IMG/VR virus record: IMGVR_UViG_3300009168_000009
Location: 227-64,226 of that record
Source of the DNA: a virus
Lineage: Duplodnaviria > Caudoviricetes
Length of the DNA stretch: 64,000 bases
Reading direction: 5' to 3' (one strand)
Made by a program: the position numbers and the translations under genes. The notes beneath the pieces are model-generated. The model worked only from the letters and a program-made list of their open reading frames with translations. It did not search any database and was not told where the DNA came from. Below are positions 20,985 through 30,375 of the stretch, piece after piece. Within the stretch, counting starts at the first letter, position 1, and every line of letters starts with the position of its first letter.

Positions 20985-21069
20985 CGGCGGCCTTATGAGT
21001 GGGCTGGTCGTCGTTAACTCTCACGTGCGCCAGCCCTAAGTACCCGTTGCGTCTTCTCGCGTGGGTAAT

Positions 21070-21492
21070 TCAATGCCCGGAATGGACCGAGATCGACACG
21101 CAATCATTGATGATGATTTTGCGGCCGTTGCAGTCCATCAAGCCGAGCGAGATATCGAAGCGGAAGACCTTGCCGACTGGCACATTCGCCCCGGTCTTGA
21201 TCATGTTCATGGTGACGTTGTTCTCGCCGAGAATGAGCGTGTAGCCCGGCCAGCCGGTGCCGGGATCAGTGCCGAGCCCGGAGACAAGATCGATCTCGGC
21301 CGGATCGGCGGGGGCCGGCGGATTGGCCATCATGTTGGTGAGCGAGGCGGCCTCGATCGATGCCAGCTTGAAGCCGTCCACGCTGGCGAGCAGGCCGGTC
21401 CAGTCGATCTGCAGCGGGACGGTTTCATTCGGCCGCACATCCCACAGCATGCAGACGCAAGCCGGGTAGGGAGCGCATTGGAACGTCTGCAT
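21070..21492 (-). CDS. virion-region hypothetical protein
   Basis: P.E....IDW..L motif common in neck-region proteins. Confidence 0.6.
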   Translation of the reverse strand: MQTFQCAPYPACVCMLWDVRPNETVPLQIDWTGLLASVDGFKLASIEAASLTNMMANPPAPADPAEIDLVSGLGTDPGTGWPGYTLILGENNVTMNMIKTGANVPVGKVFRFDISLGLMDCNGRKIIINDCVSISVHSGH

Positions 21493-21496
21493 GGCG

Positions 21497-21676
21497 TCAC
21501 CGGCGGCAGGGCGCAGTCAGCGTGCTGATGCGCCGTTGGCTGTAGAGCGTGAGAATCCGGCGTTGCGAAACGAGCACGCCGGAGCAGCGGGGGGCGGCAT
21601 ACGTCGGCGAAGATACCGTTTGCCGCCCACCGTTGACCGGACGCAGAGGCGATTGGACCGGCCAAACTCGCATCAT
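21497..21676 (-). CDS. small hypothetical protein (59 aa)
   Basis: Manual translation MMRVWPVQSP..APCRR*, tightly packed between neighbours. Confidence 0.35.
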   Translation of the reverse strand: MMRVWPVQSPLRPVNGGRQTVSSPTYAAPRCSGVLVSQRRILTLYSQRRISTLTAPCRR

Positions 21677-21682
21677 CGATCA

Positions 21683-21856
21683 TTATCCTCGGCGAGCTTC
21701 GGTCTGCCGGCGCTCGTCGCGATCGATGCCTTGACCCTGGATGCCGCCGAACGTGGTGGTGCCGGTCGTGGTGCACATGCACGGCGACGGGAAGTATTCG
21801 GTCTGACACGGAGCCGCCGGCCCAGCGCAGAGCACCATGCAGCGATTTACGATCAT
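21683..21856 (-). CDS. small Cys-rich hypothetical protein (57 aa)
   Basis: GAGGAG SD; MIVNRCMVLCAGPAAPCQTEYFPSPCMC.. Confidence 0.45.
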   Translation of the reverse strand: MIVNRCMVLCAGPAAPCQTEYFPSPCMCTTTGTTTFGGIQGQGIDRDERRQTEARRG

Positions 21857-21859
21857 GGC

Positions 21860-22144
21860 TCACTCCTCTTTCTGTTTGCGTGCCTTCTTATCAACCGATC
21901 GCAGCGCGGATAGGTCCACATCGGGGCCGCCGTTGTCCTTGTCGTCCTCGGCCTTGGCCGCCGCTTCGAGCCGGTCGAAGTCCTCGGCGGTGAGCTGCTT
22001 GGCCCAACCGCGCTTGATCATGCTGGCGCCTGCCCAGTCCGGCACCTGATAGACCTCGCCGGGCTCGTATTCGGTCTGCGTCACGCCGTTGTCGAGCGAA
22101 TAGCGCACCGCCTTGTCAGATGTGATCCGCAGCAAGAGACTCAT
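21860..22144 (-). CDS. small head-region protein
   Basis: YEPGEVYQVP...A..MIKRGWAK motif; start overlaps upstream stop. Confidence 0.65.
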   Translation of the reverse strand: MSLLLRITSDKAVRYSLDNGVTQTEYEPGEVYQVPDWAGASMIKRGWAKQLTAEDFDRLEAAAKAEDDKDNGGPDVDLSALRSVDKKARKQKEE

Positions 22145-22521
22145 CGCACCGGCTCCATGCTCACGACATAGGCCGCGCACTCCTGCTCGGTGGCTTCGTC
22201 TTTGTCCTCGAATGGCACGACGCGGACCCAATCCGCGATGTGCCGGCGGTAGAGCACTTCCAGCTCGCCCTCGACACGATCAACAAGGAAGCCGCCGCGC
22301 ACGGTGCCGGCCACCTTGTCGACCAGCTTTTCCGGATCGGCGCGGCCGTTCGACAGATTGGACACGTCGCACCAGCACAGGTCATCCGGCTCGCCGTGGC
22401 GATCGTTGGTGTGCTGCAGACGGAAACGCGCGGCCTTGTCGCCGCGAAAGACTATGCGGGCGGCCTTGCCGGTAACCGGCTGTGGCGTAACCGTGCCATG
22501 ATCAAATAGAACATGCGACAT
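22141..22521 (-). CDS. hypothetical protein
   Basis: ORF from MSHVLFDH, packed in head operon. Confidence 0.55.
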   Translation of the reverse strand: MSHVLFDHGTVTPQPVTGKAARIVFRGDKAARFRLQHTNDRHGEPDDLCWCDVSNLSNGRADPEKLVDKVAGTVRGGFLVDRVEGELEVLYRRHIADWVRVVPFEDKDEATEQECAAYVVSMEPVR

Positions 22522-22526
22522 TCTGC

Positions 22527-23168
22527 TCACATACCTGTGTGCCGAAGCCGTGTCACCACGGCCAACAGCTCCAGACTGGTCGCGCCCTGCGAGAAAATCC
22601 GCACGAATTGCTTGGGGCACGCCACCGCGATCTGGCATTGCGAGTGAGCCTTGATCGGGTTCTGCGCCGACAACGTGATCGAGGCATCGCCCACATCAAC
22701 CCACGTCAGATTGAACGTCGATCCGATTCCGGGGCCGGTGCTGGAGACTTGCGGCCGTGGATTGGTCGGCGTCGCCCCGGTGAGGCTGCCGCCGTCATCA
22801 ATCGTAACGGCGGTGATCACTCCCGCATTGACGGTTGCGACCGCGAGCACGACGCCATTGCCCAGGCTGATCTTGTTGCCCACGACATGGCCGGTGCCGC
22901 CAGCGGCAATGGCCGCCGCGTTGACCCGTTTCGTCGCGACGGCTGGCACCGGCGAGCATTCGGGCAAAATCTGCAGCGGCGCAAACGTCCCCGGCACGCA
23001 CGGATCGCCGGCAGATGCATCCGCACCCTGGAACGTGTAGGTGCCGCTGGTGATGTCGGAGTCGGTCTGATTGGCAAGCACCAGGGCGTAGGCATAGCCC
23101 GAGCTGATGTCGGCATACTTCGGCGACATTGCATTGAACGTGCGAACCGTGCCGCCTGCCGAGATCAT
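22527..23168 (-). CDS. putative capsid decoration protein, paralog 2 with about 80-aa insertion
   Basis: N- and C-termini closely match 23169..23567. Confidence 0.65.
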   Translation of the reverse strand: MISAGGTVRTFNAMSPKYADISSGYAYALVLANQTDSDITSGTYTFQGADASAGDPCVPGTFAPLQILPECSPVPAVATKRVNAAAIAAGGTGHVVGNKISLGNGVVLAVATVNAGVITAVTIDDGGSLTGATPTNPRPQVSSTGPGIGSTFNLTWVDVGDASITLSAQNPIKAHSQCQIAVACPKQFVRIFSQGATSLELLAVVTRLRHTGM

Positions 23169-23567
23169 TTACATGCCCGTCCGCTTGAGCCGAGTGACGA
23201 CCGCGAGGATGTCCAGCGTGCCGGCGGTGCCGGCGACGCGGACGAATTGCTTCGGACATGCAACGGCGATGTGGCACTGCGACATGGCCTTGATCGGATG
23301 CTGCGCATCCACGGTGACGACGGCATCCGGAGCCCCTGCGCCGAGCGGCGGCGAGCATTCCGGCTGCACGTCGAGCGGTGCGAAGGTGCCCGGCACGCAA
23401 GGATCGTTGGCGGAAGCGTCCGCGCCCTCGATCGTGAACGTGCCGCTGGTGACATCGGCGCCGGTCTGGTTCGACAGCACGATCTCGTAGGCATAGCCCG
23501 CCGAGAGATCGGCGTATTTCGGGCTGGCGACATTGAACGCCAGGACGGTGCCGGCTGCGCTGATCAT
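23169..23567 (-). CDS. putative capsid decoration protein, paralog 1
   Basis: Directly after major capsid gene; beta-rich 132 aa. Confidence 0.65.
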   Translation of the reverse strand: MISAAGTVLAFNVASPKYADLSAGYAYEIVLSNQTGADVTSGTFTIEGADASANDPCVPGTFAPLDVQPECSPPLGAGAPDAVVTVDAQHPIKAMSQCHIAVACPKQFVRVAGTAGTLDILAVVTRLKRTGM

Positions 23568-23610
23568 GGCTCGATCTCCTATTTCGGTTTGTCGGCGTCC
23601 GTCCGTCCGC

Positions 23611-24960
23611 TTACTGGATTCGGAGCAAGCGACCGGCGTTGACGCAGAGCGGCGCGCCGCCGATCCGTGCTTCGAACTTGAACAACACGCAGAAGCCCGC
23701 CGAATATGGGTCTTGCTGCATGGTCACCGCCTTGCGATTGACCACCATGTACAGCTGATTCCAATTCGCGAATGCGACCGGCGTTGCACCGGGCACTGCG
23801 TCCGGCATCTGGTTCGCGATCACGACCGGCGAGCCGGCGATGACGTACTGGCCGGCATTGAGCGGCGACGCCAGCATGATCGGACGGCCCATGGCGTCCG
23901 ACATGGTGAGCGTGAGGCCGAACGTGTTGCCGTTCATGAGATAGGACGTGCCCGCTCCCTGGAAGTTGGTCGGCACCTGATACTTGAGCAGGATCAAGTC
24001 CTGCCAGGAGAACTGGCCGGCCGGTGTGATCGAGCCGGTGTCACAGATCGGCATGCCCGAGCGCAGAATGCCGAGCGGCTTTCCAACGCCATCGCCGCTG
24101 ACGATCGCCGTGGAGATTTGATTGCGGAATGCCCGATTGACCTTGCCGAGCAGCCAGGACTCCACGTTGACGTTGGCGTCCTCCAGCAAGTCGCGGCTGG
24201 TGCAGACGATATAGCGCAGCGACTCGGGCTTGATCTCGACTTCGCCCAGGCCCTCGCCGATTTGCTGCGTGGGATTGTTGGCGAAGCATTGCGACTCGCA
24301 AGCCCACGCCGCCTGATCCCAGATTTCATTGTCCACGAGGAATTTGACCGACGGGCCGCTGATCGAGAGGTTCGCCATCAAGCCGGTGAGATCGGTCACG
24401 TCTTCGATACACGAGAGAATCGTGCTGGACATTTCCGGCGCCATCAGGAATCCGGACGCGCCGAGATTGAATGTTGAGAGCGCCTTGCGTTGATCCTCTG
24501 GCAGCACGGCAACGTTGGTGCAGTGCATCAGCGAGCGGATCGCCTTGACCGCGATCTCGGCCACGGCCAGCTCGTCAGCGGTGTAGCTGAACGGATGATC
24601 GCCGCTGTCTGATCGCTTGGTGACGCGATGGAAGTGCTTTGCTTCCAGCAGGCCGACTGCCGACTCTTTCGTGGACTCGTTGTCACTGCCAGAGCCGGGG
24701 CGGTTGATCTTCTTGGAGAGCGTGTTGATCGTCTCCTGCAACGACTGCAAGGTGGTCGCCTTCTCGGCTTCCTCCTTCACGATGCGGTCCAGCTTGGCCT
24801 GGATGTCCGCGATCGTCTTGGAGCCGGCGTCGTAGCCTTCCTTCAGCTCCTTGAAGGTATCGAGGCGTGCCGCCTCGGCCTTCTGCATTTCCTCGCCCTG
24901 TTTCTTGACCTCGGCCTGGACGGACTTGATCAGATCGGCAACCGTGTCGGCTACGGTCAT
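23611..24960 (-). CDS. HK97-family major capsid protein
   Basis: N-terminal coiled-coil delta domain; GFL..PE, S.DLLED...E.WL, GDG.GKP.GIL, DPYS..F..EARIGG. Confidence 0.95.
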   Translation of the reverse strand: MTVADTVADLIKSVQAEVKKQGEEMQKAEAARLDTFKELKEGYDAGSKTIADIQAKLDRIVKEEAEKATTLQSLQETINTLSKKINRPGSGSDNESTKESAVGLLEAKHFHRVTKRSDSGDHPFSYTADELAVAEIAVKAIRSLMHCTNVAVLPEDQRKALSTFNLGASGFLMAPEMSSTILSCIEDVTDLTGLMANLSISGPSVKFLVDNEIWDQAAWACESQCFANNPTQQIGEGLGEVEIKPESLRYIVCTSRDLLEDANVNVESWLLGKVNRAFRNQISTAIVSGDGVGKPLGILRSGMPICDTGSITPAGQFSWQDLILLKYQVPTNFQGAGTSYLMNGNTFGLTLTMSDAMGRPIMLASPLNAGQYVIAGSPVVIANQMPDAVPGATPVAFANWNQLYMVVNRKAVTMQQDPYSAGFCVLFKFEARIGGAPLCVNAGRLLRIQ

Positions 24961-25667
24961 GGCAAGCGCCTTTCTTTAACGTCGTTCAACAATGCCTGGA
25001 CAGTCGAAGCCAAGGCGGTGAGGGCGGCATCATCGTCAGCCCGATAGCCGTCAATCTCAGTGATCCCGACGCGGCTGGGCTGCGTCAGCAGCGCGTCAAA
25101 ACCTTTGCGCATAACCACTTCAATCTCATCATCGGTCAGGCCGTTGTCGCGCAGCCATTGCCACGTGTCGTCACGCGACAAACTCTTGACGGTGCTGATC
25201 CGCGCGCCACGATTGGCGGGCATCGAGCACACGCTGCATTCCATCAGCTCGGCTTTCTTGATGGTGCGGACTTGCTTCGTATCATCCCAGGACGCGCCGC
25301 CGGGCTCGATCAGAAAGCCGACCGATAGGCCGGTGAGGAAGTTTTGCTTCATCAGCGCGTGCGTCTCGCGGCCCTTCTCGGTGAGCAGCGTGATCTGGCC
25401 TTCGACGTGCAGCGACTTGTCCTGCTGTTCGAACTTGGTCCAGCCGCCGATCAGATGTTCGCGGTTGTGATCGCGATACATCCGGACTTCTTTAGGATTG
25501 ATGTTGCCGAAGGCGCCGGGGGCAATGATGTCGCGCGCTCGATCGCGCTGTGCTGTGGAGGCGACGCCAGTAAAAGTCGCTACGTCGGCGCCTTCGCTCA
25601 GGGCTTTGGTTTCAAAGCCGCTGCCGGTCCACGTCAGGTCGTGCTGCAACATGAGTGCCCCGCGCAA
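24957..25667 (-). CDS. HK97-family prohead protease
   Basis: FTG.AS..DR..DII.PGAF, H...IG.W, GLSVGF, L.E.S...PAN..ARI. Confidence 0.95.
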   Translation of the reverse strand: MRGALMLQHDLTWTGSGFETKALSEGADVATFTGVASTAQRDRARDIIAPGAFGNINPKEVRMYRDHNREHLIGGWTKFEQQDKSLHVEGQITLLTEKGRETHALMKQNFLTGLSVGFLIEPGGASWDDTKQVRTIKKAELMECSVCSMPANRGARISTVKSLSRDDTWQWLRDNGLTDDEIEVVMRKGFDALLTQPSRVGITEIDGYRADDDAALTALASTVQALLNDVKERRLP

Positions 25668-25737
25668 GGCGGCGACGTGGCCGCCGTGGCGCGGACATTA
25701 CGGCAAATACCGGAACTGCGCAATTCCCGTTACCGGA

Positions 25738-26538
25738 TCAGGGCGGGGTGATCCAACCGTCCTCGGAAGCCGGCCGCCGGGCCGGTCGCATCGGCAACTC
25801 CGGCGCTGGCCGGGGCGCGGTCTTGTAGAGCACCGAGCAGCGGCAGTTGACGATCTCCTCGGGGCCTGCACCCAAGCTGCCGTCGCCGGGCCGCATCATC
25901 TGCGCGCCGCCAACCGAGAACGGTTCATCCATCGGGACGTTCTGGCCGTGGGCAGCGGCATGCGTCGGCCGCGTCTTGTTATCTCCGACCGCATGCCATG
26001 TCTTGCTCTCGATCTTGATATTCTTGTGCCGCATCGAGGCTTCGATCGCCGCCATGGCGGCGTTGTGCGTCTCCGTCCGCGCGATCGATGCCGCCCGTGC
26101 CCGCGCCAGGGCCGGCGCCTGCTTCCTGATCTCCCGCGCGATCGTGTCGGTGCCTTTGCGATCCCGCACCATGTCGCTGACGATCGTCGCGATGTCATCC
26201 ACCATCTTTTGCGCAATGTTATTGATCTGATCCCCGGCGTGGAGATCGAGCCACGCCAGCTGCTCCTGCATGAAGCGGCTGATATCAAGCGAAATCCCCG
26301 CCTTTTCCTCCAGCTGCTTGGTCACGGCACGATACTGATCGCGATAGATGCGGCGGTAGAACCGTGCCAGTAACGGCCGGCCGCGCTCGCGGATGTAGGA
26401 CTGGCCCTGGTTGAAGCCACGGGTCACTTGCATCCGGATCGCCGCCGTCAGAATCGCCGTCAGCAACACGTGCAGCCGCTGCTCGATCATGTCGAGATAC
26501 TTTTGGAATTCGCGATCAGAGGCAACGTCAAGCAGCAT
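25738..26538 (-). CDS. Mu gpF/SPP1 gp7-like minor head protein
   Basis: RA..IARTE, K.W....D..TR..H...HGQ, PGD....EIVNCRC. Confidence 0.9.
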   Translation of the reverse strand: MLLDVASDREFQKYLDMIEQRLHVLLTAILTAAIRMQVTRGFNQGQSYIRERGRPLLARFYRRIYRDQYRAVTKQLEEKAGISLDISRFMQEQLAWLDLHAGDQINNIAQKMVDDIATIVSDMVRDRKGTDTIAREIRKQAPALARARAASIARTETHNAAMAAIEASMRHKNIKIESKTWHAVGDNKTRPTHAAAHGQNVPMDEPFSVGGAQMMRPGDGSLGAGPEEIVNCRCSVLYKTAPRPAPELPMRPARRPASEDGWITPP

Positions 26539-27175
26539 CGGCCTCAGCCTCCCAGCCCCAGCAATCCCAGCCCGGCCGCGCCGGGCCGCGACGGTTCAAC
26601 TCGATCTTAGGCAGCGTTGGATAAAGCTCCTCGATCATCCGCAGAAAGACTTCCGGCTTGGCGCTGTGCGCGCCGCGTGGAGCCTCGATCACGCTCGACC
26701 ATTGTGTGCCCGGTGCCGGCGCCGGGATTGCGCCGCGCGTCCCGATCAGCAGCAGCTCGTGCCTGTTTCGGTTCCAGTAGCCGAGCCCGGCCTTGTCCTT
26801 GAGCCAGATGTGATGCGACTTATAGTCGAAGCCCCAATACGCCATCACCGTCAAAGCATGCGGCAACATCGGGACGGTCACCCAAAGGAATAAGACGGCA
26901 TCAGCAGCAGCGATCGTCTCCACTTCACGCCGCGCGATGGTCATGACGCTCGATGTCGGATAGTGATTATCGGCGGCGCGATCCATGCCCGTCTCCCGCG
27001 ACCACGGCTCCCAGCGCCATTCCGGATCGGCGACGATCACGCCGTATCGCTTGTCGGGGAGCGCGCGTTGGCGCTTGCCCAGCTCCCGCTCGCGCTTTGC
27101 GCGCAATCGTTTCTTGATCAGCGCCTTTTTATTTTTCGCATTCGCCGCACTCGAAACCGCACGCCGACTGGCCAT
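26528..27175 (-). CDS. MT-A70 family adenine methyltransferase
   Basis: YGVIVADPEW, LFLW, WGF.Y, G.GYW.R..HE.LL...RG, HS.KP, IEL..R..RPGW..WG. Confidence 0.9.
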   Translation of the reverse strand: MASRRAVSSAANAKNKKALIKKRLRAKRERELGKRQRALPDKRYGVIVADPEWRWEPWSRETGMDRAADNHYPTSSVMTIARREVETIAAADAVLFLWVTVPMLPHALTVMAYWGFDYKSHHIWLKDKAGLGYWNRNRHELLLIGTRGAIPAPAPGTQWSSVIEAPRGAHSAKPEVFLRMIEELYPTLPKIELNRRGPARPGWDCWGWEAEADAA

Positions 27176-27354
27176 GGCAGGTCAACTCCCACGAAGCTCT
27201 CGCCACGCTGCTTGGTTTCGATGAATGTTGCAAATTGTGTCTCGTGGATCAAGCCGCAGTCGCAGCACTCCAGCTCGAAGCCCTTCATCTTCGGCGTGAA
27301 CCACCTTGTCCACTTGCTGTCTGGCGTCGTCTTGCCCTTCGCCATCCGCCTCAC
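27118..27354 (-). CDS. small zinc-ribbon-like protein
   Basis: ECCDCGLIH motif; start overlaps portal stop. Confidence 0.6.
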   Translation of the reverse strand: MRRMAKGKTTPDSKWTRWFTPKMKGFELECCDCGLIHETQFATFIETKQRGESFVGVDLPWPVGVRFRVRRMRKIKRR

Positions 27355-28613
27355 GTCGGCTGGTTCTCCAGCTCCTTGCCCACATTGCCGGCCATGATCT
27401 CAACTTGCAGCCGCTGCCGGTTCATGATCTCGGTCTGGATCGGCACGTCGCTCATCGGATCATCGTTGGGCGGGTAGCCGAGCAACGCGCGCTGTTCGTT
27501 CACCGTCAACATGGTGGCGTTGCGCGCAATGTCGGTGAGCTGCAGCCGCGCTTGCGCCATCGCCGGGATGTGCGTCACGTCAACCCGTATCTGCGCCTTT
27601 GTCTCCCCGTGCAGGAGCGCGTGGTTGAGCGCCGCCACATAGAGATTGAGTTAACCGGGCAGCACGGTGTCGGTGAGGAAGCCGACGCGCGCGTTGATCA
27701 GATTATTATAAGTGTCGGTGCCGGGGATGCCGACGAGCTGCGTGGGCACGCCGAACGTCATGCAAACGTCGCGCGCCAAGCTGTCCTTGATCTCGACCGA
27801 TAACGCCGACGCCGGGTCTTCGGACAGTCGCGTCAACGCCCACTTGGCATTGGCGGCGATCATGGTGCCGCCCGACTCCTTGCCGTTCAACTTGAAGCGA
27901 TCGAGCTGCGAGCGCACCTCGTCCAGCACCTTTTGATGCAAGTCCTTTTCCGTGGACAGCAGGCCGGTGATATTCGAGCTGTTGCTGACGATATCCGCGC
28001 ATCGCTGCAGAATCCGGGTGAACACTTCGGCCGGTGCTGCCGCGATTGCCGCCGGGGATTTGTCGGTCTGCCAGTTGAGCGCCGGCCGGTGGATGTGGAT
28101 CAGCTCGCACTCGCCGGTTTCGGAATCGACCGGATAGGTGATCGTGCCCTTGCCGGTGGTGTGCTTGAAAGCCGTGATCACTTTAGAATGGTCTAAATAC
28201 TCGATCTGAATCTCATTCGCGTTGACCGGCCACAGCTCCAGAACGATCGGGCTATTGCCGCTGACGCCCCGGACTTGCTTGAGATAGGCGCGGTTGGCCA
28301 CCGCCAGCGAAGCCGCCACGAAATACTGCAGGCCAGCGCCGGTCCATTGCGGATTGGGCCGCACCAGCACGTCGGCCACGGCTTGCTCACGCGGCGGCAG
28401 GCCGGCGTCGCCGTTGTGGACCTCCAGGGCGACCGAGGAGGACATCTGGCCGATCATGTCGACCGAGCGCCAGAGGTAGATGCTGCGGACATATTCCCGC
28501 AGCATGTCGCTCGACATCCGATCGAGTGAAGCCGTGGTGTGGACCGCCGACGTGACGCCGTTGCCATTCTGGACGACCGGAGCCGGCGGCGCAGCCTTGG
28601 TGAACCACCCCAT
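27351..28613 (-). pseudogene. HK97-family portal protein interrupted by in-frame TAA at 27651-27653 (nonsense mutation or sequencing error)
   Basis: L..PNP, ELWP, FGVP..L.G motifs; the frame continues ..TVLPG*LNLYVAALNH..LTVNEQRALLGYPP. Confidence 0.85.
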
Positions 28614-28625
28614 GGCGGCCTCCGA

Positions 28626-28841
28626 TCAAGTGGTGCGGCGGTAAGGTCTGGCCTTGACCGTGGGCGTGCCCGAGCTGGCGCCGCCATACTTGCGATCGAT
28701 GTCCGTGCGCGACATGCCGGTGAGCTTGTCCACGTTGATGGACACGGCGGTCTTCACCGCCGATCGCATGCCGCGAAAATCAAAGTGGCGCGCGGACTGC
28801 ACGAATTGCGACCGCGCCTGCCCACATCCAGCACAAGGCAT
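28626..28841 (-). CDS. small CxxC protein upstream of portal
   Basis: GGAGG SD, MPCAGCGQAR.. Confidence 0.55.
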   Translation of the reverse strand: MPCAGCGQARSQFVQSARHFDFRGMRSAVKTAVSINVDKLTGMSRTDIDRKYGGASSGTPTVKARPYRRTT

Positions 28842-29046
28842 CTGCCCCTCCATTGAAAACAGAGCGCGATGGGAATGGTTCCCAGCGTCGCCAAAGGGCC
28901 GGGGGAGGAGCAGCCCTCCCTCGGGGTGACACACGTCGCTCAAAGTTTATGGTGCCGGCACCGGCGGCCACGGCGTCGGCAGCGTGCAAGGCACCGCCGG
29001 ACCACGGCAGATCGAGATACATTTGGCTTGCATCGCTTGGCCTCCT

Positions 29047-30375
29047 CTATGCCATCGGAATGTGCGTCACCACTCGCGATAGCCGCGACAGACCCCAGAC
29101 CATAGCATCAAGGCGGTTCGGCGATCCATCTACCGATCGATCCCACTCCCGCGAGAACGACAGCATTTCGCCTTCCAGCTGATCGAGCCCGCGCCGGTGC
29201 AGCACGCGGCCCTTCTCGTAAAGCAGGCTGATCGGCTCGGCGCGGAGAACCTTGCCGCGTGACGCCACCACGTCATCGATCCGGATCATCGGCAGCGCGC
29301 GCTCGCCCCGATCAAAGGCGCGCTCAGCCGCCGCCTTGACCACTTCGACCGCCATGTCACCGCCGAAGTTGCGCTCGACCACCACATCATCCGCGTCGAA
29401 CTCGTCATAAGCGCGCACCACTTCGTCGCCCCATTGCGCCGGGCTGGCAGTCAACGTGCGATCGGCCAGGACGGCAAAGCGGCCGTTGTTGAGCAACGCC
29501 GACACCACGATGCCGACATCATCGCTGCCGCCGGAGGGATCAACGCCGATCGCCACTTGCTCGATCTCGCCGTCTGGGATGTCCTCGTGCTGCAGCCACT
29601 CATCTTTGAACAACGCGCCAGCGGGATCGAGGAGCATGCCGCCCAGCAGCTCCTGCCGCCCGAGCCGCGTGCCTTCGTACAGCTCGCGAATCTTTTTGAG
29701 GAACGACGCCGACAGATGCTGCGCGTTCTCATATGTGGTGCCGGACGTGATCCTGATATCGGCCATCGCCGTCAGCTTTTTCATGAACGGCGAGGGGCGT
29801 GGAGTGGTTGCGATCAGGACGCGCGGCTTATCGCCGAGCCGCAGCCCCATCATCATCATGTCGAAGACTTCTTGCTGATACCGCATGCGGCCGATCTCGT
29901 CGATGATCGCCATTTCGCATTGCGGGCCGCGCAAGGAGTCCGGCTCCTCGCCGGAGAACATCACCGCTTTGGCGCCGTTGGGCCACTCCAGCCGGCGCTT
30001 GGTCGCCAGCCAGCGCGGGCGCATGTCGTCAGGCGCGGTCGCCAGAATTCCGCTCGAGCCCTCCAAGTTGACATCGTGCACGTCGGCCGTGGTCGGAGCG
30101 ATCACGTGCAGACGTTTGATGCCGGCGCGGATCGCCATGTGCACCGCCGAGCTGACGGAGTGAGTCTTGCCGGTGCCGCGACCGCCCAGGAATAGCCAGC
30201 ACCAGTCAAGATCACGCGGCGGCAGCTGCGCATCCCGCGCCGTGAATATCCAGTCGCCGGCCACGTCATCGGTCAGGCTCTTGGCCAGCACGCGGCGCTC
30301 GTCATCGTTCAAGGCTTTGAGCCGGGCGCGGATGTCGTGGATGCGATTGATCTCAACGGCGAAGCGATCAAGCAT
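29047..30375 (-). CDS. terL: terminase large subunit
   Basis: Walker A GGRGTGKT, LRGPQ..IIDE, IATTP, GRQEL, nuclease GVDP..E.NFGGD..DA.VW. Confidence 0.95.
   Translation of the reverse strand: MLDRFAVEINRIHDIRARLKALNDDERRVLAKSLTDDVAGDWIFTARDAQLPPRDLDWCWLFLGGRGTGKTHSVSSAVHMAIRAGIKRLHVIAPTTADVHDVNLEGSSGILATAPDDMRPRWLATKRRLEWPNGAKAVMFSGEEPDSLRGPQCEMAIIDEIGRMRYQQEVFDMMMMGLRLGDKPRVLIATTPRPSPFMKKLTAMADIRITSGTTYENAQHLSASFLKKIRELYEGTRLGRQELLGGMLLDPAGALFKDEWLQHEDIPDGEIEQVAIGVDPSGGSDDVGIVVSALLNNGRFAVLADRTLTASPAQWGDEVVRAYDEFDADDVVVERNFGGDMAVEVVKAAAERAFDRGERALPMIRIDDVVASRGKVLRAEPISLLYEKGRVLHRRGLDQLEGEMLSFSREWDRSVDGSPNRLDAMVWGLSRLSRVVTHIPMA

Noticed and set aside
22513-22522. ATGCGACATT partial match to the operator
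   Set aside because: Half-site only, overlapping a start codon; chance is plausible.
27651-27653. Genome-wide stop-codon reassignment
   Set aside because: Only one internal stop was seen, and TAA, TAG and TGA all terminate other conserved genes properly.
820-30200. Long plus-strand ORFs opposite the virion genes (e.g. 1354..2748, 5331..6740, 23533..24477)
   Set aside because: Shadow ORFs expected at high GC, antisense to well-supported genes and without motifs.
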